DNA from: Welwitschia mirabilis
Lineage: Eukaryota
Direction: 5' to 3'
Length of the DNA stretch: 40,026 bases
Assembly (NCBI GenBank): GCA_051453625.1
Contig: JBOZIK010000001.1
Location: 19,591,405 to 19,631,430 of the forward strand
Every line of letters starts with the position of its first letter. Position 1 is the first letter of the stretch. The notes beneath the pieces are model-generated. The model searched no databases, was not told where the DNA came from, and saw only the letters and a program-made list of their open reading frames with translations. This document shows, one piece after another, positions 1 through 12,595 of the stretch. Made by a program: the position numbers and the translations under genes.

Positions 1-299
1 TAGATTTTCTTTTAGGGTAGAAACCCTAACCCTAACTTCTAGAACTTTCTAGATGACCCCATTTAACTTCTCTTTTTTCTTTTTAATATTACAACAAGAA
101 AAGAGACTATATAAAAATATATAAAGTCACACTATAAAGAAATAAATAACATCAAGAGATTTGGCTTCACTTCCAAAAATAAGGAACTTCATTCAAACTA
201 TCCTTCCTCTTGACAAGAAAGCTTGATCATGCATTTCTTGTTAGCAAACTCTTCTCATGTTTATTCCCATATTACTTAATCTTACCTATTGCCATTTGG

Positions 300-1665
300 A
301 ATTCTTTATTTCTTACTTGAAGTTTACTTTAAGTTATTCAAAATCTTATTCAGTTAAATACTTCCCTTTTATTATCGTTTCAACTCAATAATTAAGATGG
401 CACTCTAGAAGAGGAAAGTGGCTTTGCTACTCCATATTTTTGTTAGAAAGGAGTTAAGGAGGTTAAAAATGTTTGGTATTACCATTCTGATTCTTAACTT
501 ACTTGATCCCAATATAAGTGTAGATTTAATAGGAGAACTACTTATCACACTTTATATTCTTAACTTACTTCTCTTCATATTTCTCCCACTAATCAAACTC
601 ACTGTGACATCTACTCTGGGAAGGATGGTTATAATTGTAAAACATGAATGCTAAATCCATGAATAAGTCATGGTATGATTCAACTCTAATCTTTGAGCAT
701 ATGAATAGAATTTGGGATGCTACGCTCTCAAAGGAATCATGAAACATTTTGTTTTTATAAATTGGAGGCTTCGTGCTTCTTTAGAAATTCAAATTTTTTG
801 TTGATTTCTTCTCCATATTAGATTCTTCTTAGTGGTTAACTCTTTTATTTTATAGGTTCTACATTGCTTTGTCCTCTTTGTCTTAAGGAAGAATTTCTTG
901 ACTACATATTTTGATTTTATTATCTATCTTCTTTTGCTTGGTCATGCTCTAGTCGCTCTGTAGGTTAGCATAACATCAATAAGATCTAAACTCTCATTCG
1001 TCCTACTAAACTTAGTAATACTTTGCAATGGTCTAAGTGGTCCTCTATGTGTTGTAGGTTCTTATTTGAACTTAGAAAACTCCAAAACGAAGGCATTTTT
1101 AATAATGAGACCTTCACTTCTTTTTCTTCTTCTTTGAAGCATTCTGTTGTTCATAGTATTAAGCTTTAAATTTTGTATGATTTCCCTCATTTCTCTTTTG
1201 AGGTTTCTATTTGGGGCTTTCTCTAATTTAGGTTCCACAATAAATTGCCTTGTCATACCTCTTTTGTTTATTTGAAATGTCAAAAAGTCTTTCGGTTAAA
1301 AAAAAAGTCATATTACATAAGATCTTATACTTATTTGCCAAATGAACATGAGAGTTATGCTCATCATGTTGAAAAATAACTTTAGAACTAAGCTTCCAAA
1401 TGTTGTATAGGACTAAAGTCGAAGAGAGACCAAGATTAGAAAAAGGGACTTGGAAATCTTGAGACTATCTTTAAAAATAATAACTGCAATGGCTGGTTGG
1501 AATTACCATAAAAGGTAAAAGTCTAGTTGCATGCATGCTAAGCAACTATACAATGAAAGAAAGCATGTAAAAATGACATTTTGGAGAAGTAACTTTGAAA
1601 AGATGTAAACAAGTACTAATGGGCAAGCCTTAATGAATCAATCATTGTTGAAAAAAAAAAAAAAT
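300..1665 (+). mobile_element. Highly decayed LINE-like remnant (ORF1-like segment; possible A-tail at ~1652-1665)
   Basis: Weak L1 ORF1-like motifs across frames (RRGKWL; ITLYILNLLL...STLGRMV; VMV*FN) at ~400-690, plus an A-run at ~1652. No diagnostic RT motif seen. Confidence 0.3.
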
Positions 1666-2424
1666 TGAATCTTTAAGAATGTTGGACATTTTCAAAGATT
1701 TTTTATTCCATGCTCCACGATCTAACAGCTACTTGAATATTCCTTGTTTTATTCAATTTCTGATTAATATTTTTATTTTAAAAAATACTTCCAGTCTATT
1801 TAAAACTCTATGAGTATTTTTACTTTTAAAATAGAAAAGATATATATACTTTTTAATTTTAAGCCCTTGTAAGTAGCCCTTATGGACTTAGGAGCTAACC
1901 ATTAAACGTTTAGGTCTTACTAATGATTCACATCCAACATAGCATAGCTACATCATAAGCAAAATCTCGAAACAACCTCTTATACACACTATAAAACTCA
2001 AATTGAAAGTGCTAAAGCTCTCTCCATAACTAAATTGCATTATTTTGTGATACCACATTGTGAGGGCTTCTCATCACACAATTTTCATCGGCTGGCGACC
2101 CGTGGACGTAATTTTAAGCGATAAAACCAAACACATTACAGCAAAAAAAAAAAAAGGAGGGAAAGGACGGAGAGAAACGAGAGGCGAAGAAGCGACGGTG
2201 AAGGAGCATCACAAGTCTCAAACCGACGGCCTGCAACGCGCCAGCTCACACTTTATCTTCACATCGGAAACACTCCCCACCGCACAACGCTGGTCTGCCA
2301 TATCCTTCCCTTTCATTAAATTGTCGCCAAACATGTCTCGCCCTTAACCAGACGCAATTCACGCTCTTACCCCATTCTGCGTTTCGCCGTTGCAAATTCA
2401 AAGGTAATCACCAGAGCATCAGAA

Positions 2425-2529
2425 ATGGCAGCCCTCTGCAAAATGCCCTTCATGTCTCTCAGACCTCACACTCCTGCTTTCACTGTCCGCGCTTCCTCAG
2501 CTTACGCCGATGAACTTGTCAGAACTGCG
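2425..2529 (+). CDS. FBA: FBA exon 1 (transit peptide + [10 protein letters not shown])
   Basis: ATG GCA at 2425, 35 codons [35 protein letters not shown], donor GCG|GTAAGC at 2530. An in-frame TAA lies at 2317-2319 upstream, with no earlier in-frame ATG. Confidence 0.88.
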
Positions 2530-4053
2530 GTAAGCGGCCTTAATTCTCCATTGTTTTTGATTTCTGTTGTCTTTTAAGTTGGTTTCGACAAGTTCATTCG
2601 TACGTAGAAACAGTAGTTCACTGGTTTGTTTGGTTTCGTGGGTAATGGAATGTTGTGGGGTGTTTGCAGAAAACTGTGGCGTCGCCCGGCAGAGGAATTC
2701 TTGCGATGGACGAGTCGAACGCGACATGCGGGAAGAGACTCGCGTCGGTCGGACTGGAGAATACGGAATCGAACCGACAGGCTTACAGGTCTCTGCTGGT
2801 GACCGCCCCTGGTCTAGGAGAGTATATCAGCGGTGCCATTCTCTTCGAGGAAACGCTGTACCAGTCCACTGTCGATGGCAAAAAGATCGTCGACGTCCTT
2901 GTCAAGCAGAACATCGTTCCTGGAATTAAAGTCGACAAGGTAGTTTTCCGCTTCTTGTCATCTGAATATCAAAATTCATCGTTTCTCTGTAATTCTCAGC
3001 GTACAGAGTGACTTTATTGACCGTCTCTAAACTTTTTCAGGGTTTGGTTCCATTGGCCGGCTCCAACGACGAATCATGGTGCCAAGGATTGGACGGCCTC
3101 GCATCCAGATGCGCTGCATACTACCAGCAGGGAGCCCGTTTCGCCAAATGGTATCCTATGACATTAGATTGTTTCATATATTTTCATCCTCTGTAACTAA
3201 ATTCTTCTTCGTATATTCATCCTCTGCAACGAAGTTTTTCTTCATCTGCTAAAACCAAAACAAATTCGAAAACCCCTTCGTACTAAGCCTGTAACTCCAC
3301 GCCCTGCTATCCATTATCTGTGACCGTAACAACTATTCAACAATTCACAAACCAAACAGGATAATGAACATTGGTGGTACAATCCCTGCGACTAATTCAC
3401 TGCAAATCTGCAGGCGCACAGTGGTAAGCATTCCCAACGGGCCATCCGCACTGGCGGTACAAGAGGCCGCATGGGGTCTGGCGCGCTACGCGGCAATAGC
3501 GCAGGACAACGGTCTCGTACCGATCGTTGAACCAGAAATCCTTCTGGACGGAGACCACGGAATCGAGAGAACATTCGAAGTAGCGCAGAAGGTCTGGGCG
3601 GAGGTATTCTTCTACCTCGCGGAGAACAACGTGATGTTCGAGGGAATCCTCCTTAAACCAAGCATGGTGACCCCGGGCGCCGAGTGTAATGAAAAGGCTT
3701 CTCCGCAGACAGTTGCAGAGTACACTCTGAAGCTTCTGCACCGTAGAATTCCGCCCGCGGTTCCGGGAATCATGTTTCTGTCTGGTGGGCAGTCGGAGGT
3801 GGAGGCAACTATGAATCTGAACGCGATGAACCAGCAACCGAATCCCTGGCACGTCTCTTTCTCTTATGCGCGCGCGCTGCAGAACACTTGTTTGAAGACT
3901 TGGGCGGGGCGGCCTGAAAAGGTTGAAGCTGCGCAGAAGGTGCTTCTCGTGCGAGCAAAGGCTAATTCACTTGCGCAGCTCGGCAAGTACACTGGTGAGG
4001 GCGAGTCTGAGGAGGCGAAGAAAGACATGTACGTCAAAGGATACACTTACTAG
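2425..4053 (+). CDS. FBA: Plastid (chloroplast) class I fructose-1,6-bisphosphate aldolase; join(2425..2529,2670..2939,3041..3150,3414..4053), 374 aa
   Basis: The spliced frame is open with three GT-AG introns (2530-2669, 2940-3040, 3151-3413). Motifs: [78 protein letters not shown] (Schiff-base Lys), [18 protein letters not shown]-terminal Tyr. The N-terminal extension ends in TVRA. Confidence 0.97.
2670..2939 (+). CDS. FBA: FBA exon 2
   Basis: Acceptor [19 protein letters not shown]...PGIKVDK, donor AAG|GTAGTT. Confidence 0.96.
3041..3150 (+). CDS. FBA: FBA exon 3
   Basis: Acceptor [20 protein letters not shown]...ARFAK, split Trp codon TG|GTATCC. Confidence 0.96.
3414..4053 (+). CDS. FBA: FBA exon 4
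   Basis: Branch-like CTAAT at ~3392, acceptor CTGCAG|G completes Trp, [11 protein letters not shown]...YVKGYTY, TAG at 4051-4053. Confidence 0.97.
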
Positions 4054-4381
4054 TCAATTAGTCAAGCAGTCACCCATTAGTCAATAGTCAATTTCCCTTT
4101 TTCTTTGTTGCTACTCTTTTATAAGCCATCCCCTTTTCCTCTCATCTCCTCCTTTGAGGTTACAAGTTTCTTTCTTTCTTGGTTGTAGCCATGGCCTTCT
4201 TCCCTCTGGTGTTGTATTTTAGAAGCATCTTTTAGTAAACATTTATGAGGAGTTTATACTTGATCCCTAGGCTTGTGTAATCTTTGCCTTGGATTTTGTA
4301 AGCGTATTGTGGCTATATTAAGATGACACAAAGTATAATAGTTGCATAGTGTTATTAAACATTGTATAATAATGGTAAGAC

Positions 4382-4387
4382 AATAAA
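4382..4387 (+). terminator. Candidate polyadenylation signal of FBA
   Basis: AATAAA about 330 bp after the stop, following a U-rich 3' UTR-like stretch. Confidence 0.3.
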
Positions 4388-4997
4388 ATGTTTTAGTATT
4401 GTATACTCACTAACCATGCCAAATGGGTATCAAGAAATTAAGATTTTTTGGCTGTAAGAATACTACTTTTAAAAGGGATGTTGAACTTGAAACTTTTAAT
4501 TTTGAAACTTTTAATTGTTATAGCCATCACAATCACCCAACCGAATGATTTAATTATGTATAGGGCCTCAAAGTATGCCAACACCTTAAACAATGCCAAG
4601 AAGGGCATCCAAAAATTCAAATACATGACCTCTTGAATGGAAGATGTGTGTCCAAGTTGTTGTACTACACTCAATTGACAAGCATACTTATTACTCTTTG
4701 GTTGTGATAATAAGGCAAAATATATTTTTATCATTTTACTTTTAGTAAAAATTGAACTTCTAACTAGCTAAACATAACATTTAAATATCTGGAGACCAAA
4801 TTTCATGGTTATTTAGATATGATTTATTACTCTTTGCAGCTATTGAAAGGTCATAAATTCATTGTAGCATTTTAACATTGTTAGGTTTGTTAAGTATTAC
4901 TTATACGTTGTGAAGTAAGAGCATGTACATGGAACTTTAACTTGTAGGTATTAGTATTTCATAAAGTAGGGGATTTCATAACCAGTTTACTTAAGCA

Positions 4998-5053
4998 ATA
5001 ATATCCTATGCTCCAATTCTTTATCATAATATCCTATGCTCCAATTCTTTATC
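4998..5053. repeat. 28-bp exact tandem duplication
   Basis: ATAATATCCTATGCTCCAATTCTTTATC at 4998-5025 and 5026-5053. Confidence 0.95.
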
Positions 5054-5084
5054 AACATTATATTGTTGAATAGGATAAGAACCA

Positions 5085-6162
5085 ATTCTAAGAAATTTAG
5101 ACTAATTAATGATGTTGTAAGTCAATTAGAAATTAAGAAGTTGAAAAGTTAATAAGCTAGAAATAAGCGTATGTTGGCATAAACTACGATCTCTACCCAG
5201 CTCATGTATGATAAAGCATAGAAGTAATGAATCTATGTTGACACATTTGTGTTGAAGCACCCTCTTAAGCTCTAAATAAATGTATATCCTTTATAGAAAC
5301 GTAGTTTTTCCAAGTTTTTTCTTTGAATGTGTTTATAATTTAGAGAGCAATAAAGAGTCATATACTTCTAAGTAATACTTTTGGAATATATTGTAATTAG
5401 GTTTCAAGATTTAAATGGGAATTAAGAGAGAAAACATTTAAAGTTACACATGTGTCACTACCCTTTGCATGCTTTTAAGTAGCACAAGTCCATTAAGGCT
5501 TTTATCAAATTCAACATACAATTTCATTAACTTGTTACTAGAAGGAGAGGTTACTTTGGATAACGTAACACTATAGTGTAACCTATGTAATTTGTAGATG
5601 CTAGTAATTCATAGTGTAGCAAATTTCATCACCATTTGTAATAGAATCTCTAATGTTTAGGGTCATCATCATTGTGTCATTGAACACATTTAAAGACAAT
5701 AATCATCGATTCTAATGAATTCAAACTACTTAATGGTATTGTAAAGCAAGTAGAACTTAAGGCAATGAAAAGTTAGTATGTGACAAATAATTAGATGTTG
5801 ATATGAATTACAATCTATGCTTAAGTCAAGTATGATAAACGTAGCACTAGTGCATTTGTTTTGATGCATATGTGTTGTTACCACTTAAACTATAAATAAC
5901 ATTGCACTTTCTATAGACGTAGAATTTTCCCAAGATTTTTCTTTTTTTATGTTATAATGTCAAAAGAGATAAAGTATCTAAATGATAAACTTCTAGTTAT
6001 TATGTTGGATTACAATAAAATTAAGTTTTAAAACTTAACTAATAATCAATGAAAAATATTGAAATATTTAAGTGTATTATTATCATATTGTGTTTTTCTT
6101 GAGCATCCTAAGTCAACTTAAGAATTTTTATTTTAAATTGAAAATATAGTTTTCTTAACTTT
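5085..6162. repeat. Old degenerate direct repeat, ~450-bp units with ~625-bp period (~5085-5534 and ~5710-6162)
   Basis: Collinear anchors, e.g. TAGAAATTAAGAAGTTGAAAAGTTA / TAGAACTTAAGGCAATGAAAAGTTA; GTATGATAAA; ACGTAGTTTTTCCAAG / ACGTAGAATTTTCCCAAG. Confidence 0.75.
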
Positions 6163-7113
6163 TAATTAGACAGATTTACCACATAATTTAGTATCATATA
6201 TCAAAGTTATTTAATTTACATAACTATAATTACTAAAATATTTAAATCCATATTTTCAACTGTTTGAGAATTGTAAAGCAAAATGGTATAAAAGGTTATG
6301 ATTCTTACTTAAACCATAAATGTTATAAGATCTTCCTCATAAAAGGGGTATTCATTAGATTATTATTTTAGTGAATTATTTTCTCATTTGAAATTTTACA
6401 CATGTTACATTTCATAGCATTGTATTTTCCTAGAAGGTATCAAAGCCTCAGTTGAAAGCAAGAATTTCCAAAATAATTAAGTGGAACTTAGGAAATATTA
6501 ATGCACTCTAAAAACATGTGATAAATAAGCTTGATGTATTGATAAAAAAGATAAAGGATATTGAGGCAAAGGTGTCATTCAATTTTAAAAAGAAAAATAC
6601 ATAAAACTACATCAGTTAGATAATATTTCTATTAGTTGCATTTTAAAAAAATTAAGCTATGAGATCTAAAAAAATTTAGCACATCTTGAGAATTAATTGT
6701 AAAGTATAGAAAATTATACCATGTGGAGTAAAATGATTATGATATTTTTATAATCTTGAGGAATAAGTAAGTTATTAAGGGTTACCAGCAACTTAGAGAA
6801 TAGGGCAATCAAGGAACTAGAATTCGATGTAACATTTTCTATGCTATGAATGATATAAAATGTTATTATACTTGTAAGCATAAATGAGTATGCTAACTAT
6901 GATAGCTAGGTGATGATACAAGATATGTATGACATTAAGGGACTTCATATTATCATTATTATAAAAATAAATGATAATTAACATAATTAATTAAATTTAC
7001 TTAATGACACATGAAATAACATGTTTTATTTTACATCCAAAAGATACAACCCTTTTGTCTTAACAAAATACTATAAAATAAAGATCATTTATTACAAAGA
7101 AATAATATATAAA

Positions 7114-7143
7114 AAGAAGAAGAAGAAGAAGAAGAAGAAGAAG
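7114..7143. repeat. (AAG)10 microsatellite; duplicate contig has (AAG)8 at 7609-7632
   Basis: Direct reading. Confidence 0.95.
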
Positions 7144-7468
7144 CNNNNNNNNNNNNNNNNNNNNNNNNNNNNNNNNNNNNNNNNNNNNNNNNNNNNNNNN
7201 NNNNNNNNNNNNNNNNNNNNNNNNNNNNNNNNNNNNNNNNNNNNNNNNNNNNNNNNNNNNNNNNNNNNNNNNNNNNNNNNNNNNNNNNNNNNNNNNNNNN
7301 NNNNNNNNNNNNNNNNNNNNNNNNNNNNNNNNNNNNNNNNNNNNNNNNNNNNNNNNNNNNNNNNNNNNNNNNNNNNNNNNNNNNNNNNNNNNNNNNNNNN
7401 NNNNNNNNNNNNNNNNNNNNNNNNNNNNNNNNNNNNNNNNNNNNNNNNNNNNNNNNNNNNNNNNNNNN

Positions 7469-8050
7469 ATAATTAACATACTTGATTAAATTTAGTTAAT
7501 GACACATGAAATAACATGTTTTATTTTACATCCAAAAGATACAACCATTTTGTCTTAACAAAATACTATAAAATAAAGATCATTTATTATAAAGAAATAA
7601 TATATAAAAAGAAGAAGAAGAAGAAGAAGAAGCAGCAATACATCTAAAGTCTAATGAATTGTGAAAAATGTTTGAAGTCATACAAGCTTAAGCCCAAAGA
7701 CTTAGGCACGTGGTTCATCCATAAACCACCTACCTAGTTAAATTCTATTACTTGTAATAATGTTTTATTTTTAATTCATAATCATTAATTATTTAATTAT
7801 TATTTAATAAACGTTTAAAGTTTATTAAATTTTGGTTTCTTTAATTCTTCTTTCTTCTATTATGAAACAACTTTTATAGTCAACTTTAATAGAGAATTAA
7901 AGTACTCTTATAATAAATTCTAGCATGGAATTAGAGAAATTGTATATACTATATTGCTTTCACATACAAACTTCCAACATGGTATTACATCATACTTGTT
8001 CAAATTCTAACATGATAATCAAGATTTTTAATCCTAAGAAAAATTAACCA
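7469..8050. repeat. Dispersed repeat, diverged copy at ~14185-14720
   Basis: Shared collinear blocks ACATGAAATAACATGTTT, TAAAGATCATT, AAAGAAATAATATATAA, TTGTAATAATGTTTTATT, CATTAATTATTTAAT. Confidence 0.85.
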
Positions 8051-8459
8051 AATTGGAGATTATGTTTTCTTGTTAAAATATAAAGTGATAACAAAATAAA
8101 GGTTCATTAATAAAACTTCAAAAGTTATAACAAGCAACTATAACTATGAACAAAGTTAAATAGATTCATCTATTTTATTAACTGATGATGGTAATTAAGT
8201 TTGGTTATGATACAAGTTATGATTTAAATTAACATCCTAATGATTCATCTCATTTGAAAACATATAAGAAGAAAGGAACAAAGGTCATTCTCATCTAGTG
8301 CCAAGGCATCAAATTTTTAGAAGCCAAAGTAGCAAACCGTAAAAGAAGTAAGTTCTTACAGTGTATTATAATTTGTGTTTTATGAGAAATAAAAGAAGGT
8401 TTATTAAATATTAGTATCCTACAATTCTAGTTGACAAAATTAAAGGAATAAACTAGTAG

Positions 8460-9500
8460 TATTGAGATGAAAGTCAGTGATATTAAGAATGAGCTTTCTA
8501 CATATGAAACACAAAATGTCATGAAGCATATAGGAACAAGATTCAACTCCTTTTTTTTAATTCAAAGCACTATGATCCTATATGAGGGAACAAAGAAATA
8601 TGAAAATTAAATTAATAGGATATATGAAGTAGGCATGTTAAGGATGTTTTACAAACATCTACCAAAACACTTAGTAATAAATCTATAAAACTAGAAAATT
8701 GATAACATAGTTGATGTGATGTTATTCTTACTTAACAAAGTATGTCAACCACTAAAGTATTACATCTAAAGGCCAAAATAGAATAAGAATCCATGTTCTC
8801 TTTTATGTTCAAACATGAAGATCCACTTTTCTCATTCTTCATTCTTGAAATATTATTAGATGAAACAGTGCTAATCTCATCTCAATTATCTTTTCTTTAA
8901 TAAATGATATGGATGTGTACTTGAGATGCACATTTTCCAAATATTAGTCTAATGTAATTTGTCCAATTTCATAGTAAGAGTTATCAAATTGAATTAAGGC
9001 AAATTAATGAAACTTCCAAAACTATTTTAAAAGGACATGCTAAAATCTATAAACCAAAGCTATAAAAGTCTCAAAGACAACACTTATTTTATATTTTCCC
9101 ACTATAAAGCTGAAGTTTTATGAGTTTTAAGTTCTTGTATTCCCGTAAAACCTTCATGCATCATTCAAGTAAGTCCATTTACTACTATTTCTTTGAAGGA
9201 TTATATTACATCAATGGTGTTTTGCTTATCTATGTTATTTTCATTCTTCCTTGCTTATTGTTTGATGTGGCATTACATTCTTGAACCTAGAGGAACTTCT
9301 AATAGTGATATTTCACAAAAGCATCACTGGGAGTATTTTAATTCAATTAAAGTTTATACGTATGAATTCTTAAAACAAATTAAAATAAATATTCTTATAG
9401 AAGTATCACTCAGGAAAATGCTAAATATTAATAAAGTATTCATCAAAAGGTAAAAACATTCAAGTTTGATGAAAATAAGGGTTTCAATCCACATGAAGAA
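8460..9500 (+). mobile_element. Possible very decayed Ty1/copia RT-RNase H remnant
   Basis: Frameshifted motif ghosts in the expected order: DIKN..FLH (~DVKTAFLH) ~8480; SQRQ..KAE (~SKKQ..EAE) ~9070-9115; ILIEVS/TQEN (~STQENLAD) ~9390-9420; purine run then TGTT at ~9510-9524. Confidence 0.35.
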
Positions 9501-9610
9501 TGGATGTTAGGTAGGAAAGATGTTAATATGGTGGCTATAATTAATATTAAAACATTGATGCTATACAAAAAATAAGTAATCATTTGATAAATCTTATAGG
9601 AATTACAGGA

Positions 9611-9900
9611 CGTTAGAAATGTAATGCCAACATTTTAATTCATTACTAAATTAAGAGAATGAACCTATGTAAGGTACATGGATGAACCATGTGTCTATAA
9701 GTTTGATGAGAGAGTATCTTATCTATTTAGGAATATGGTTATGAGACTCTATGTTTAAATATAATTGAATGCTAATGCTATATATAACCTCACTAATGTG
9801 ATATAAAAATCACCCTACTCATTTCAATCATGGAGTCTGATGTTTGAATACTTTGCTTCCTATTCATTTCTTATTTCTTGTCAGGCTCTTAAATATTACA
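9611..9900 (+). repeat. 5' LTR of copia element
   Basis: Aligns with 12596-12911 (e.g. GATGAACCATGT, GAATATGGTTA, AATTGAATGCTAATG, ATAACCTCACTA) and ends in CA immediately before the PBS. Confidence 0.85.
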
Positions 9901-9902
9901 AT

Positions 9903-9915
9903 TGGTATTAGAGTC
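9903..9915 (+). other. Primer-binding site (tRNA-iMet type), decayed
   Basis: TGGTATTAGAGTC versus canonical TGGTATCAGAGCC (two C>T), 2 nt after the LTR-terminal CA. Confidence 0.85.
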
Positions 9916-11640
9916 AATAAAGGTATTAACTTTATTACTAGATCTTGATCATCTTAAAGAGGTCTCTTTAGCTTCTAGATTTAGATCTCCATAGAAATGT
10001 AAAAAATATGAAGGAATTTCTATTACTTCTATGATCAGTACAGTAAAGGTAAAGCTCACATATATTTTGTCAAAGAAAAGAAGAATATGTAGTGGTCTTA
10101 GAAATCCAACGTAGAGATCAACATTCTATGGTCCCTGCCATTATCAATAAGATGTTTATCATTAAAGGTCACAAGGTGATATTTTACATCAAACACTCCA
10201 ATGTGATCTTTATTAGTGAAACAATCTTGTCAGAATCTTTTAGTCTCTTAAACTTTAGATCCACTAGGTCATAAAGCCTATGCTCTCATGTGTTTTGAAA
10301 GATAGCGAGTGGCAAGAATCGGTGTTTCCTGAGAGATCCTCATTAGCCTTATTATTCTTCTTATATATGATTATGCTAAGGCAAAGGGAAAAACCCTTAT
10401 GAGAAGTACTATAATTCTATTTCTAATGACTTCAATGGAAAATCATTTCATCTTCGATATGCATTTATTCTACACTACAACAGAGTGGTTGCTCATTTTG
10501 TTTAGCTGTGACATGGCTGTAGTTATCAAGGAATGATTGAATTAGATGCTTCACTTTAGGTAACCCCTAAAATGATCATCTTCCATGAAGTTTATCATTA
10601 TTAATATTTATGGAAAGGAAATTTAGCTAAGAAAGATAGCTCTGCCTCCTTCGCAATCTAAAGGCTATTCTATGATAGATTTAAAGTAATTAAGGAGGAC
10701 AAACCAATTTGTCTAGGGAAGAAACATTATTGGTACCACTAATGTGATAATGATGGAAGTTCAGCTTTATGAAAAAGTTGTGCCATTGAACTTCTTATCT
10801 TCAATGAAGATCATTTGAGATGCAATTTTTGCTTTAGGATCACCTACACTCATGCTTATTTATGATGGGGGGATGAGGGAAGGAGGGCTAATACAATGGA
10901 CATTAGGAGAAGTTTGTTGATTTACACTTTGTTGTGTATAAGATGTGATGTGAGAATTTGAGGTACAATAAGAATTGGATTCAGCTTTTGCATCACGATT
11001 ACCATTGACTACTCTAGTTGGCTCATTATTGCTATTGAAGGTAATTTTAGTTTTGGTTTTAATAGTATCGAAATTGAGACTTTGGTGTGTTACAAGTTGT
11101 TTATGATTTTAATCATTAAAGGCATTAGAATGCTTATTGTGATTTATTTTCAGAATTGACTTCTCATCTATGTCTTCTGCTATAACCTTTATTCTAGTAA
11201 CTAATCCAACATAAGATGTGTGGAAACGGTTAGGTCATGTGACATAGGTTCATTAGGGAGGAAACTTATGCTTCCTATCCTCATTGATGTTCTTAGATAT
11301 ACTCATTAGAATATTACATCAAAGTTGAAAAATATGGTTGAACCAATTTTTGTTCCACTTTTAAAGGCTCAAGCTAGTTGCAGGTTGGATTAGATTAAGC
11401 TGGGGTACATTTAGTGAAGACTATCTCTACAAACCATTTCTATAGATTATCTAAAGCACTCAAGCAAAGTAAGTTCTTAGACAAAGAGCAAACACAACAT
11501 AGCTACTCAATATTTAGTTTAAGCCAAAGGAAGAGCAGAATTCTATGGAACACAGTCAATGACACCACTCATCGTAGCTAACTTAAGTAATGAAAACCCA
11601 TGAATTATGGAAATGTAAGCAGAACCAAAACCATTAAAAA

Positions 11641-11792
11641 TGAAGTAAGGATGTAGAAAAGTGCATCTTAAACTAAATAGGTAAACCTCAATCTTAGCAA
11701 ATCATCAATATTCCATTGAAGTAAGGATGTAGAAAAGTGCATCTTAAACCAAAAAGGTAAACCTCAATCTTAGCAAATCATCAATCTTCCAT
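11641..11792. repeat. 76-bp tandem duplication (3 mismatches)
   Basis: TGAAGTAAGGATGTAGAAAAGTGC...TTCCAT at 11641-11716 and 11717-11792. Confidence 0.95.
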
Positions 11793-12595
11793 TGATCTAT
11801 TAGTAATAATATTTTTTTAACACCCATTTATTTTTTTAATTATTACTTATTTCATTTTCCCTGNNNNNNNNNNNNNNNNNNNNNNNNNNNNNNNNNNNNN
11901 NNNNNNNNNNNNNNNNNNNNNNNNNNNNNNNNNNNNNNNNNNNNNNNNNNNNNNNNNNNNNNNTTTTCCCTGTTTAGGTAAAAAACCTTAGGTCTAGTCA
12001 TCTTAAGGTAATAACTCACCTTTATAAAATGAATTATGTTTGTTCTTAGGATGATGAAAGGCCTTGATTTACCATTTTGTAAGGCCCTTAGAAAATTATC
12101 TTATAGTTTACCTTAATTTGTGGTGACTTGGAATTAAAAAAAGAATTTAACCCCTTATTCCTATTGTAGTTAGCCCTTCAAAACTCTAAGAAATTTATTA
12201 ACCTTGAGGCTAAAATAATAGTATGATTTAATATAGTCATATTATAAAGTTGTCTATGAAGCTAAAAATGATGAATACCACCCTCAAGAAGACATCCTAA
12301 AGAAAATTTGACCTTTAATGTAGTAATTTAACTTATGTTAAACAAGCTCTCAAACATCCTTTTGACCTTCAAGGTAGTAATTTAACTCATGCCAAATAAG
12401 GTCTCACTCCTCTCACCAGTAAACAAATAAGAGGAGTATTATGAAGACAATTTAAATCTTAAAAAGACAAAAAAGGAAGCAGTAAAGACAAAAGCAAGAA
12501 ATTACATCATTTTATGCATGTTATATAATTTAATAGTGCATGCATTAAGGAGAGGCATTAGATGACAATTAGGATGTTATCATTAAGAGGGTGAT

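Noticed and set aside
21..36. AAACCCTAACCCTAAC telomere-like/telo-box motif
   Set aside because: Only about two units, 2.4 kb from the gene, in TE-like context; not an interstitial telomeric array.
1524..1548. Hairpin TAGTTGC-N11-GCAACTA
   Set aside because: A 7-bp stem is expected by chance, and no Helitron CTRR end follows at the right spacing.
2060..2347. 95-aa ORF upstream of FBA
   Set aside because: GTG start, low complexity, lies in the promoter/leader region, no recognisable domain.
2497..4046. Overlapping alternative-frame and antisense ORFs (2567-2929, 3397-3852, 3864-4046 etc.)
   Set aside because: Shadows of the GC-rich FBA coding sequence with no independent homology.
4998..11792. 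Short direct repeats as possible CRISPR-like arrays
   Set aside because: Only two adjacent copies each, no spacers, eukaryotic context.
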